DNA of 64,000 nt. It comes from Gammaproteobacteria bacterium (GTDB lineage: Bacteria; Pseudomonadota; Gammaproteobacteria; Steroidobacterales; Woeseiaceae). This document shows positions 34,386 through 44,065 of this stretch, in pieces. Within the stretch, counting starts at the first letter, position 1. Every line of letters begins with the position of its first letter. The notes beneath the pieces are model-generated. The model saw nothing but the letters and a program-made list of their open reading frames with translations, had not been told where the DNA came from and did no database searches. The position numbers and the translations under genes were made by a program. The stretch is taken from contig JAUHZT010000001.1 of NCBI GenBank assembly GCA_030425905.1, forward strand, positions 17,572 to 81,571, in the 5' to 3' direction.

Positions 34386-37300
34386 GACGCACCCTCCTTT
34401 CTGGATTCGACCCATTCATAGATGGCCGGCAATAAGACCAGCGTGAGGAAGGTCGAGCTGAACAGGCCGCCAATTACGACAGACGCCAAGGGCCGCTGCG
34501 TCTCAGCCCCAACACCCGTGGATAGCAGGAGAGGAATAATGGCCAGAATTGTCGTGCACGCAGTCATCAGTACCGGTCTCAGTCTTAGTACGCACGCCTG
34601 GCGGACCGCGTCCGACAATGCGAGTCCCTTGGCGCGCAACTCATTCATATAGGAAACGAGCACAACGCCATTGAGCATGGCCACCCCAAACACGGCAATA
34701 AAACCAACCGCCGATGGTACAGACACGTACTGCCCGCTAATAGCCAACGCGAAAATTCCGCCAATCGTGGCGAACGGCACATTGGCGATGATCATCGTTG
34801 CGAATTTCGCGGAGTTGAAGGCCGTGTAGAGCAACAAGAAAATAAAGAAGATGGTTACCGGCACGATCAGTGAAAGTCGAGTCAAGGCACGCTGTTGATT
34901 TTCGAAGGCACCGCCCCACTCAAACCAGTAACCGGCCGGGATGTCCAGCTCAGCGTCAAGGCGCTGCTCGACTGCCTCGACGAACCCATCGACATCGCGC
35001 CCCACAACATCCATTTGGATCACGGCATAGCGCTGCAGCTGTTCTCGTCGCACGAAAGAGAAACCTTCAGTTACGTCGATATCAGCCACCTTGGACAGCA
35101 ACACAATCGCGCCGTCATCAGTTCGTAGCGGAATATTGCCAATTGTCTCGACGTCCACCTTCGCGTCGGGGTGTAGCCCGGCAGTGATATCAAACCGGCG
35201 CACGCCATCGATCAGTGTGCTCACCGCCTCATTGCCGATACCGTTGCGCACAAGCGTGAGAACATCCTCTGCGTTCAACCCGTAGCGCGACAACTGGCTT
35301 CGGTCGACCTCGATGCGAACCTGCGGCTTGCCGAGGTTGGCCTCGAGCGACAGATCTTCGACGCCAGGCACCTCGCTAATCACGCTCTTAATCTGCTGAC
35401 TCAAACGGTCGAGTCCCGACAGATCGGGCCCGTACACCTTTACTGCCAATGTTGCTCTGACACCTGAAATCAGTTCTTCAACCCGCATTTGGATTGGTTG
35501 TGTGAATGCCACCACTGATGCAGGCGCTACCTCCTGCAACCGCGCCTCCATATCTTCACGCAGATCGTCAAAATCACGGTCTGTCGGCCAATCGTCATAC
35601 GGTAGCAGTTCCGTGTACACCTCCATGGAATTGACGTCCGCGATCTCACCCTTTTCGGCGCGGCCGATCATCGCCACACTGGTCGTGACTTCCGGAAACT
35701 CGCTGAGCGCAGCAGAGACCCGCTTCGATAACGCGATTGATTCTTCGAGCGACGTCGACGGAATTGATGCGATGCGCCAGACGATAGACCCTTCTTGCAT
35801 CGTGGGCATGAATTCTTTGCCGAGAAACGGAAAGATAGCCAAGCTTGCGACAAGCAACGCCGCCGCGCTGCCGATGAGTTTTCTCTTGTTGGCCAACGCC
35901 CAGTCTAGCAGGGGCACGTATCCGCGTTTGAGCCAGCTAACCAAGCGCGTATCTCGATCTCCGTGAGGCTTAAGCAGCAAGGCGGCCAGGACGGGAATGA
36001 GCGTCAATGTCAGCAGCAGCGAGCCGGCCATGGCAAAGCTGATGTTGAAGGCCATCGGCTTAAAGAGCTTACCCTCCAGTCCTTCGAGAGAAAACAACGG
36101 TAAGAAAACGACAATGATGATGATGATCGCAAAGGCGATCGGGTTGGCGACCTCGCGAGCAGCGGCCAGTACGGCCTCGACGCGATTGACCTTTCGGCCT
36201 TCTGCTAGACGCTCGGCCATGATGCGAAAGGAATTTTCCGTGATCACCACCGCACCATCGACCACCATACCGATTCCGATGGCGAGACCTGCCAACGACA
36301 TCAGATTGGCCGATAATCCCACCGCGTCCATGAAGATAAACGCGATCAACATCGCCATCGGCAATGCTGCGATGACGACGACGGCCGAACGCAATTCGCC
36401 GAGAAAAAGGAACAACACAACCGCCACAAGTAAGGCGCCTTGGACAAGCGCGGTAACGGCGGTATTGACCGCTTTGTCTACCAGGTCGGTACGGTCATAG
36501 ACCGGGCGCAGCTGCATGGACTGCGGGAGTATGGTCGATGCGGTCGCAATTTTTTCTTTAACAGCATCGACAACGTTGGCGGCGTTTTCGCCGATGCGGG
36601 CGAGCGCCATGCCCAGCACGACCTCCTGACCGTCGCGCGTCACCGCGCCAAAACGCAGCGCCGGGGCTTCTTTGATCTCGGCGATATCGCGCATTCGCAC
36701 TGGAACGCCGTCCACCGCCTTCAACACGATGTCGCCGATATCGTCGGTGTTTCGTACTAACCCTAGCCCGCGCACCAAGTATTGCTCGGGGCCCAGGTTG
36801 ATGTACTGTCCACCGACCTGACCATTGTTGACCTCGATGGCCTCGAGGACCGTGCGATAATCGAGGTCGTAAGCGATCAATTGCCGCGGATCGATCTGAA
36901 CCTGGTACTGGCGCTCCTGCCCACCCCAGGACATGACGTCATCGACACCCGGCACGGTGCGCAGCACCAACCGGACCGACCAGTCCTGTGCGGTTCTAAG
37001 ATCCATGTCAGACGTGGCTGACTTCATCGCTTCATCGGTTCGCTCAATCGTGTACCAGAACACCTGGCCGAGTGCCGACGTGTTCGGGCCCATCTCCGGG
37101 GTGCCGTAGCCCTCCGGAATTCGCTCACCGACCTCCTGTAGTCGCTCCATCACCAGGCGACGGGCAAAGTAAATGTCCACATCGTCGTCAAAATAGACGG
37201 AGACGTAAGACAGGCCAAATAGGCTGACCGAACGAATCTGTTGCACTCCGGGCAGCCCCGCCATACCGGATTCCACCGGGAAGGTCAGCAGCTGTTCGAC

Positions 37301-37480
37301 TGCCTCGGCCGCAAGTCCGGGCGACTCTGTGTAGATATTGACCTGGATCGGTGTGAGATCGGGGAACGCATCGATGGGTACCGTATTGACGGCACGCCAA
37401 CCCAAAAATGCAATCAGTCCAAACGCGACCAGCGTTAGCAGCTTGTAGCGCAGCGAGATATCGACTAGAGCGTTGAGCAT
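34382..37480 (-). CDS. czcA: Heavy-metal efflux RND pump, CzcA/CusA family, copy 1
   Basis: 1032 aa with a 12-TM RND layout. AGGAGG lies 6 nt upstream of the ATG. Paralogue of 48837-51950. Confidence 0.93.
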   Translation of the reverse strand: MLNALVDISLRYKLLTLVAFGLIAFLGWRAVNTVPIDAFPDLTPIQVNIYTESPGLAAEAVEQLLTFPVESGMAGLPGVQQIRSVSLFGLSYVSVYFDDDVDIYFARRLVMERLQEVGERIPEGYGTPEMGPNTSALGQVFWYTIERTDEAMKSATSDMDLRTAQDWSVRLVLRTVPGVDDVMSWGGQERQYQVQIDPRQLIAYDLDYRTVLEAIEVNNGQVGGQYINLGPEQYLVRGLGLVRNTDDIGDIVLKAVDGVPVRMRDIAEIKEAPALRFGAVTRDGQEVVLGMALARIGENAANVVDAVKEKIATASTILPQSMQLRPVYDRTDLVDKAVNTAVTALVQGALLVAVVLFLFLGELRSAVVVIAALPMAMLIAFIFMDAVGLSANLMSLAGLAIGIGMVVDGAVVITENSFRIMAERLAEGRKVNRVEAVLAAAREVANPIAFAIIIIIVVFLPLFSLEGLEGKLFKPMAFNISFAMAGSLLLTLTLIPVLAALLLKPHGDRDTRLVSWLKRGYVPLLDWALANKRKLIGSAAALLVASLAIFPFLGKEFMPTMQEGSIVWRIASIPSTSLEESIALSKRVSAALSEFPEVTTSVAMIGRAEKGEIADVNSMEVYTELLPYDDWPTDRDFDDLREDMEARLQEVAPASVVAFTQPIQMRVEELISGVRATLAVKVYGPDLSGLDRLSQQIKSVISEVPGVEDLSLEANLGKPQVRIEVDRSQLSRYGLNAEDVLTLVRNGIGNEAVSTLIDGVRRFDITAGLHPDAKVDVETIGNIPLRTDDGAIVLLSKVADIDVTEGFSFVRREQLQRYAVIQMDVVGRDVDGFVEAVEQRLDAELDIPAGYWFEWGGAFENQQRALTRLSLIVPVTIFFIFLLLYTAFNSAKFATMIIANVPFATIGGIFALAISGQYVSVPSAVGFIAVFGVAMLNGVVLVSYMNELRAKGLALSDAVRQACVLRLRPVLMTACTTILAIIPLLLSTGVGAETQRPLASVVIGGLFSSTFLTLVLLPAIYEWVESRKEGAS

Positions 37481-37489
37481 CAGTGCCTC

Positions 37490-38584
37490 CTAATCGGTAT
37501 CGCCGATTTGCGATTTGAGCAGTAGCGACTTCAATTGGAAAACACCGGCCACGGCAACGGTGTCATCTTCGTCCAGACCTGCCGTGATCGCTGTAAAGCC
37601 GTGTGCTTTGAGTCCCGGTTCAACCGGTTGCGGCTCGAACTCGTTCCCTTCGAGCTTGAACACCATCGGTGTCCCGAAAATCAGCATGATGGCCTCATCA
37701 GGAACCGCCAGGCTTGGGTTGCCCGCCCCGGTACGCACGGCAACATTGACGAACTGGCCTGGGCGCAACGCTGACGTGTCTTGCACCTCAATGCGGACAT
37801 TCAAAGTACGCGTAGACTCATCTAGGTGCGGCGCACGCTGTACAACCTTGCCCTCTACCCAGGTCCGGTCATCGGCCGTCACTCGCACTGCATCGCCGAC
37901 AGTGATCGCTGAGGCGAGCTCGGGATCGACCCGCGCTTCGACCCACAGCGTCGTCAAATCACTCAACTCCATCAACAAGCGACCGGCGTCAACAACTTCG
38001 CCCAAGACAAACGCATCACGAATCACCACACCGGGCTGCAGCGCATAGAGCGTGTACTCGCCCGTCGCCGCACTCACGTCGGCGTTCTTGATGAGCCGCT
38101 CTAACTCCTTACGGGGCATGCCGTAGGCCAAGGCTTTAGCGTATGCCCGCTGTCTAGCAACCTCCGCCTCAACGTAGCGGGATTCGGAGACGACGTCGCG
38201 ACCTAAGTTCTTTACGCGGCGCCATTCCCGATCGTTCACCAATAGATCCCCGACGGCGTCGGCCATTTCGACGCTCGACAAGGTCACGAGTGCCGCGCCG
38301 GCCTCCACCGTCTCGCCCATGCGCGCGTGACGGGCAACGACCTGCGCTTCGATACGCGAGGCAACCTGACTGGTCGCATAGGCATTCAACATCACTTCAC
38401 CGGACGCGTTGACCTCCGGATACAACACGCGCTCGCCAACCCCGGTGATCTCAATACCGAGTTCCTCACGTTCGTCGGCGGAGAAGATGAGCTCGACCGC
38501 CTCCTCTTCTTCCTCTTCCTCGGCATGCACCCAAGGGATTGAAACCAGCAACGGCAACAGGACCATCCATGCGACTTTCTTCAT
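37490..38584 (-). CDS. czcB: RND membrane fusion protein, CzcB family, copy 1
   Basis: Start MKKVAWMVLLPLLVSIPWVHA preceded by GGAGAAAATTACG, the same SD arrangement as copy 2. An acidic run EEEEEEE follows the signal peptide. Confidence 0.88.
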   Translation of the reverse strand: MKKVAWMVLLPLLVSIPWVHAEEEEEEEAVELIFSADEREELGIEITGVGERVLYPEVNASGEVMLNAYATSQVASRIEAQVVARHARMGETVEAGAALVTLSSVEMADAVGDLLVNDREWRRVKNLGRDVVSESRYVEAEVARQRAYAKALAYGMPRKELERLIKNADVSAATGEYTLYALQPGVVIRDAFVLGEVVDAGRLLMELSDLTTLWVEARVDPELASAITVGDAVRVTADDRTWVEGKVVQRAPHLDESTRTLNVRIEVQDTSALRPGQFVNVAVRTGAGNPSLAVPDEAIMLIFGTPMVFKLEGNEFEPQPVEPGLKAHGFTAITAGLDEDDTVAVAGVFQLKSLLLKSQIGDTD

Positions 38585-38603
38585 CGTAATTTTCTCCATT
38601 AGG

Positions 38604-39899
38604 CTAGCGCCGAGTGCCAAATCCAGACCAGGTATCGACTTGGCCACTGACGGCCAACCAGGCAATCCAGGCCTCCCACACCACGCCACGTTGTTCACTG
38701 GCGGCCACGCGCGTGTCGAGCGTTTGCTGCAGCTGCACCAAGTAATCAGTAGTGTTTAACTCACCGGCGCGCCACAGGCGCTCCAACATTTCGGTCTGGC
38801 TGGTGAGGCTGCCGGCACCCATACGTTGCCATTCGTCCCACGCGGTTCGTGCCAGTTCATAGCGTTGATGTGCGGCGATCAGTTCAGCGCGCAGTTGCCG
38901 ATAGTCGTTGGCCACCGATTGGTCCAGGGCTTCAAGGTCGGCGCTCGCCGCATCGACTTCGGCGCGAAAACTGTTTCGCACTGGTAGAGGAATCGAAAAG
39001 CGAATGCCGATCAGGTCATCATCACCTTCGCGACCGGCGTAGAGACCCACCGTGGGGTCCGGTCGTCGCTCGCGGCGCCGAAGATCCACGACGGCCTTCG
39101 CCGCGGCTACGCGCGCTTGCGCGGCGCGCACGCTTGGTAAGTTTGTGAGAAATGCATCAACTGCTGGCTCATTCAGGCTCACCGACGCATAGGCGATCGG
39201 TAGTGGTGGGTAGGCCGGTAAATCACCGCCGGCCACTCGGGCGAGGGCTTGTTGTGCGGTCACTTGCTGCGCCGCCGCTTGGGATCGCAGCAGCGCGGCT
39301 TCGGCGTAGGCGAGGCGCGCGAGTTCGAGCTCAATCTGACTCAAATCGCCGGCTTGCCGTCGTTCATCTGCCAACATCCGGAGGCGCTCGATCAAGGCCT
39401 TGCGTTCATCGGCGATACGCAATTGCTCGGCGGCAACGTCGACCATACCCAGCGCGCTGAACAATTCTGCCAAGACGCCTTGGCGTACCAGCCCCAACGA
39501 TTCAGTCGCCGACTGCACTTCGAACGAGGCAGCGCGTTCGCGTGCACCGCGCTTGCCGCTAAGATCAATCGTCTGATTGATGCCAACGCTGCGCGTGCGC
39601 ACCTCACCGTCTTCGTATTCCGCATCGAGTTCCGGGTTGTACAATGCGCGACCCGCGCCGCGTTCTCGCGCCACGGCAGCATCGAGTTGTGCCTGTGCGG
39701 CCTGCACGCGAGGGTGGGCTTGCAGGATTCGATTGGCGAACGAGGTCAGTGCCTGCGGTGCCGAGACTTCGCTCGCCGGTGTCGCTTCATCCGATGCCGA
39801 AACTGACAGCGGTATCGAAAGTATCCATACCGCACACAGCAGTGCGATGCCCAGTGGCATGTTGACCCTGCGGTTAGACAACAGTGTTTCAGAATGCAT
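38604..39899 (-). CDS. czcC: Outer membrane factor, CzcC/TolC family, copy 1
   Basis: Start MHSETLLSNRRVNMPLGIALLCAV... preceded by GAAGGAG. Two-repeat OMF-like helical sequence. Confidence 0.85.
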   Translation of the reverse strand: MHSETLLSNRRVNMPLGIALLCAVWILSIPLSVSASDEATPASEVSAPQALTSFANRILQAHPRVQAAQAQLDAAVARERGAGRALYNPELDAEYEDGEVRTRSVGINQTIDLSGKRGARERAASFEVQSATESLGLVRQGVLAELFSALGMVDVAAEQLRIADERKALIERLRMLADERRQAGDLSQIELELARLAYAEAALLRSQAAAQQVTAQQALARVAGGDLPAYPPLPIAYASVSLNEPAVDAFLTNLPSVRAAQARVAAAKAVVDLRRRERRPDPTVGLYAGREGDDDLIGIRFSIPLPVRNSFRAEVDAASADLEALDQSVANDYRQLRAELIAAHQRYELARTAWDEWQRMGAGSLTSQTEMLERLWRAGELNTTDYLVQLQQTLDTRVAASEQRGVVWEAWIAWLAVSGQVDTWSGFGTRR

Positions 39900-39921
39900 T
39901 CGCGGTTGGCTCCTTCGACGA

Positions 39922-41861
39922 TTAACTGCGCAGCAGCCGCAAGCCACTTGCGATAACTACAAACTCACTGATTTCGTGAACGAGCACCGCAATGGGTAGC
40001 GACAAGGCACCCGTGAGGGCGGTGAGAGCCAACACGCCGATCACAACAATCGATAAGGCGATGTTATGGCGAATGACACGCCAGGTGCGTTGGCTAAACT
40101 GCATCAGGTAGGGAAGTTTGGATAAGTCATCCGCCATAAAGGCAACGTCGGCGGTTTCCAGAGCGACATCAGAACCCGCCACTCCCATGGCGATCCCGAC
40201 GTGGGCGGCCGCCAGCGCGGGCGCGTCATTGACGCCATCGCCCACCATAGCGACCGGGCCGTATTCGCGGCTCAACGCCTCGATGGCTCGACTCTTTTCG
40301 TCGGGCGTCAACTCGGCACGAACCTCATCAACACCAGCTTTGGCACCGATGGCATTGCCGGCCAATCGGTTGTCGCCGGTGAGCATGATGACGTGTTCCA
40401 TACCGGCCGTTTTTAGGGCATTGACGGCTGCCTGCGCACTCGAACGAATCGCATCAGCAATTGCGATGATGCCCATGATCCGCGATGCGTTGCCGACCAG
40501 CACCACGGTGTTGCCCTCGCCTTGCAATTTCTCAATGTGAGCCAAAAGGACCGGCAGGTCGACGCGCGCTGGGTTGGTCGTGAATTCGCCGCCCAATGCA
40601 GAAAACAGATCCGGACTACCGATGTATTGCAACTCACCATCGACGTCACCCCTGATCCCGGCGCCGGTGAGTGACTGCACATCGTCTGCCGCAGCCACTG
40701 GTACGTTCGCCGCATCGGCAGCCGCGACGACCGCCTGGGCCAGTGGGTGTGCCGAACGCGCCTCGAGCGCCGCAGCGACTCGCAATAGTTCGTTGGTGCT
40801 GGTTCCCTCCGTTGGCTCAAAGTGCGTGACCACCGGAACCCCGCGGGTCAAGGTGCCGGTCTTGTCCATGGCTACCACACGAATCTTGGCCAGGCGTTCG
40901 AGATGCACGCCGCCTTTGATCAACACGCCCTGGCGACCGGCGGTACCGATAGCAGCCACCAATGCGATGGGGATCGAGATCACCAACGCGCAGGGTGCCG
41001 CTGCGACGATGAATACCGTGGCACGGCTTAACCATTCGGCCCAACCGAAGCCCAGTAGCCCGGGTACAAGGACAATGAGAATTCCGGTCGCGAGCACGAT
41101 CGGACTGTAACGACGACCGAAGCGTTCAATGAAACGCTGCGTTTGGGCTTTACTGCCTTGCGCTTCTTCGACCAGTTCGATAATGCGAGCGAGCGTATTG
41201 TCCGCAGCGGTTTTGGTTGCCACCACAGTCAATGCCCCTTCGCCGTTGAGCGTTGCAGCGAAGACCGTGTCACCCTCGGCTTTCTCAACGGGGATCGACT
41301 CGCCAGTGACAGGCGCTTGGTTGACGTTCGAATTGCCCTCGACTATTTCACCGTCTGTTGGGATCGCTTCGCCGGGACGCACGATGAAGCGATCGCCCAC
41401 AAACAACTCCTCAATCGGTACGTTCACCTCTTGGCCGTCGCGAAGCGCTGAGGCGGTTTGGGCGCCAAATCCATCAGCGCGCGGATTGCGCCACGCGCAC
41501 GCTCCTCCGTGTAACTTTCTGCCGCCTCCGAGATGGAGTACAGGAACACCAGCATGGCGGCTTCGCCCCACTGGCCCAAGAGGCCTGCGACAATCGCCGC
41601 AACGCTCATTAAGAGCTCGATGCCGATCTCGCGCTCTTTGATTAGTTCTTCGAGCGCCTCGCGGCCGAAGAACCAGCCGCCGATCAACACAGCCGCAACA
41701 TAAATAACTGTCTGCACCGTCGCGCCGACGCCCAGCTGGCCGGCGACAAACCCGAGCAACAGCAACACCCCGGATATGAACGACGTCACCACGGGCGGAT
41801 TGCGCCACGGTGCCGGGACGGCCTTGGACGGGTCCGTTGTGGCGCAGGTATCGGCCGTCAT
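39922..41861 (-). pseudogene. P1B-type heavy-metal ATPase (no N-terminal CxxC domain, APC in TM6) interrupted by a -1 frameshift
   Basis: The N-terminal 134 codons read in the 41424-41861 frame (...RALMDLAPK). The rest reads in the 39922-41808 frame (TASALRDGQEVNVPIEE...). The join needs one extra A in the AAA run (ttt at 41457-41459 on the plus strand). Motifs TGES, DKTGTLT and GDGVNDAP are present. Confidence 0.8.
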
Positions 41862-42259
41862 ACGGCCTCGGTTTTCAGCGCATTCGTCAGTACGCCGACA
41901 CGGCAGCGGCCGGCCTCTCGATACGCGAGACGCTTTTGAAAACGCCTGCGATCAGCAGCGTAGTCCCCAGCAGGATCTGGAAGCGTGGCAATCCATCCAA
42001 ACAGGGTTTGCAAATGTTCAGGGCCTGCGACCAGGCGGTGGTAAACCCAGCGCCCCTCTTTTTCAGCGTCCATAAGCCCCGTCTGGCGCAGTATTTTGAG
42101 ATGACGCGACAACTTGTACTGCGGTTCGAGCAGACTATCAACGAATTCACACAGGCAAGCCTCTTCGCCTGTCGCCGCCAGTAACTGCACGATACGCAAG
42201 CGGGTTCGGTCACTGAGCGCACCAAAGGTGTCTTCTATCGGTATTTCAATTATTTGCAT
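41858..42259 (-). CDS. ArsR/SmtB-family metalloregulator
   Basis: ALSDRTRLRIVQLL...ACLCEFVDSL (CxC in helix 3). ATGA overlap with the ATPase start at 41858-41861. Confidence 0.85.
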   Translation of the reverse strand: MQIIEIPIEDTFGALSDRTRLRIVQLLAATGEEACLCEFVDSLLEPQYKLSRHLKILRQTGLMDAEKEGRWVYHRLVAGPEHLQTLFGWIATLPDPAGDYAADRRRFQKRLAYREAGRCRVGVLTNALKTEAV

Positions 42260-42350
42260 ACTTGCAGTATCGTGCAACTATTAAGAAGATACAAGTCCTG
42301 AAATCGTGATGCCGATCACGTAATCGGCGTCCCGATCCCGATATGAAGAC

Positions 42351-42635
42351 CTAGACGATCGAAACGATCTGTACGGCTTTCTTGTTCGCGTCCGTGTGGC
42401 TTCTTGAAGCGCCGGCAGCACACTCCTGCCCGAACTGTTGGTAGGAAAACGCGTCGTGGGAAGGAGAGTGGCGGGAGCGATTCGTGGCGAAATGATGGAT
42501 CCAGCCACCGTATTCGATTTGATTGGCAATACGGATGTGAATCAACTCGCCGTCGAGGTAAATAACCACCTTAACCGCGTACTCACTGCGCCCTTCGTAG
42601 CGATGTGGCGCAGAATCAGTGCTGATTATCTGCAT
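42351..42635 (-). CDS. Hypothetical small protein (94 aa)
   Basis: ORF only. Same strand as the operon, between the DUF411 and arsR genes. No family recognised. Confidence 0.35.
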   Translation of the reverse strand: MQIISTDSAPHRYEGRSEYAVKVVIYLDGELIHIRIANQIEYGGWIHHFATNRSRHSPSHDAFSYQQFGQECAAGASRSHTDANKKAVQIVSIV

Positions 42636-42687
42636 AGCGACACAGGACGAAATCTCAACGCATTGACGATCATTGAGACCGAGCTAG

Positions 42688-43263
42688 TTACGGGTCATGC
42701 GGTACGGGTTCATCGGCCACATCGTTATCTTGAACCTGCGTTTCGCTAGAAATCGGTCGCCCGTCGGTGCCGTAGCTGACTACCTCCCGGAAGAGTCGCT
42801 CGCCCGTTTGCTGCTCTGCTCGCAAATGGGCGAGACCACTAACCTTGTCGGGCTTCTCCACAAGCAACGCGGCGATCGACTGAGCCGGTACGTGTCCTTC
42901 AAGCCAATAGCCACCCGCGACTGCGGTGTGACAGGCAGAGAACTCGCGAGGCACACCGAGGTCAGCCTGCGTTTTTGTAACGGATCGTGTTAGCGCAACA
43001 CCGACCTTGAGACCCTCTTGCTGGAGATGTCTCACCCAGGGTCGGTAGCATGTACAGGACGCAGTGGCATACACAACGACGTCCGCGTCCTCGGGTGCGG
43101 TGACCGGGTCGTGGCGGATGACCGCAACCGCCCAAAAGATCATAAAGAAAGCGATGCCGGCGAGACTCAATGCTGGCTTAACGGGCTTCCTGGAGCCACC
43201 TCGCACCCACGCAAAAAAACTCGATCGCTTCGGCTGAGACTTTCGTTTTCGTCGTCTCCTCAT
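42688..43263 (-). CDS. DUF411 (CopG-like) metal-binding protein, membrane-anchored variant
   Basis: Basic N-terminus plus a TM (LSLAGIAFFMIFWAVAVI). ...ATASCTCYRPW... and ...FSACHTAVAGGYWLEGHVPA match the other DUF411 copy. Confidence 0.75.
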   Translation of the reverse strand: MRRRRKRKSQPKRSSFFAWVRGGSRKPVKPALSLAGIAFFMIFWAVAVIRHDPVTAPEDADVVVYATASCTCYRPWVRHLQQEGLKVGVALTRSVTKTQADLGVPREFSACHTAVAGGYWLEGHVPAQSIAALLVEKPDKVSGLAHLRAEQQTGERLFREVVSYGTDGRPISSETQVQDNDVADEPVPHDP

Positions 43264-43358
43264 GCGTCGTCACCCCAGACCCTCGCAGGGCCACGTTCGG
43301 ATACATCGATTACCTACAGTCATTCGGAGTGGCCCCACAGTCGATCCACCGCTGTCCA

Positions 43359-44042
43359 TCAGTCGGGCTCCAAGCTCTTTTCCGAGTCGAGGCAGACGTT
43401 AGCCCGCAGGCAACCCGCGTCGGTCAGAAAAGACCCGTCAGCGAGCTCGCGGTACTGCTTCTTCATGCGAGGAAAACGACTGTGGGGTTGCGATTGCAGT
43501 GCGCCCTCCTCGTCGCGCGGTACGTAGACGCTAAAGACACGCCGCCCGTCCTCGTCAAAGAATGCGGCCTGATGGGTCTCGCCATTGCGACCGTCGGTTG
43601 ACAGCAATTAAATGGCGGCCAAACGGTCGACATTTAGGTGGCCACCGTAGGGACTATCGGGCGCATCGAAATTGAAGTAGCCGCGTTCGGCATTACCTTC
43701 TGGAACCGGGCCGAACATCTCGAAGACGCTGTCCGAGGACAGAGCAATCACCAGGGCATCCTCCCATTTCGTTAACGCCTTCCAGACGTTGTCGAATTCA
43801 GCCATGGCCACTGGGGTTTGCAAATCCGCAGGCAACCCGTTAACCACGGCGGCCTCGCTGAGACCAGTCGTTTTCGCGATCTGCACGGGCGAGGCCTTGG
43901 ATGACTCCGCCAACGCCGATTGGACCATCTGCCGCTGCTCCGAGGACGCGCACAATTGGTTGGATTCCGCGTTCGCAGTTACGAATGCCGACAACACGAT
44001 GCCATTGATCGCTGCGACGGCTAATCGGGAACGGTTTATCAT
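43359..44042 (-). pseudogene. ChuX/HutX-like (haem-utilisation type) protein with signal peptide, split by an in-frame TAA
   Basis: The 43608-44042 ORF ends ...GGHLNVDRLAAI-TAA (stop at 43608-43610). The next codon in the same frame continues LLSTDGRNGETHQAAFFDEDGRRVFSVYVPRD. The family call is from memory and is tentative. Confidence 0.5.
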
Positions 44043-44065
44043 GCGATTTACTCCTTTGACTCTGA

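Noticed and set aside
39922-41808. Treating the 628-aa ORF as an intact ATPase gene
   Set aside because: Its first ~115 residues are Arg-rich nonsense. The true N-terminus with the TM helices is in the 41424-41861 frame, so this is a frameshifted gene, not a shorter intact one.
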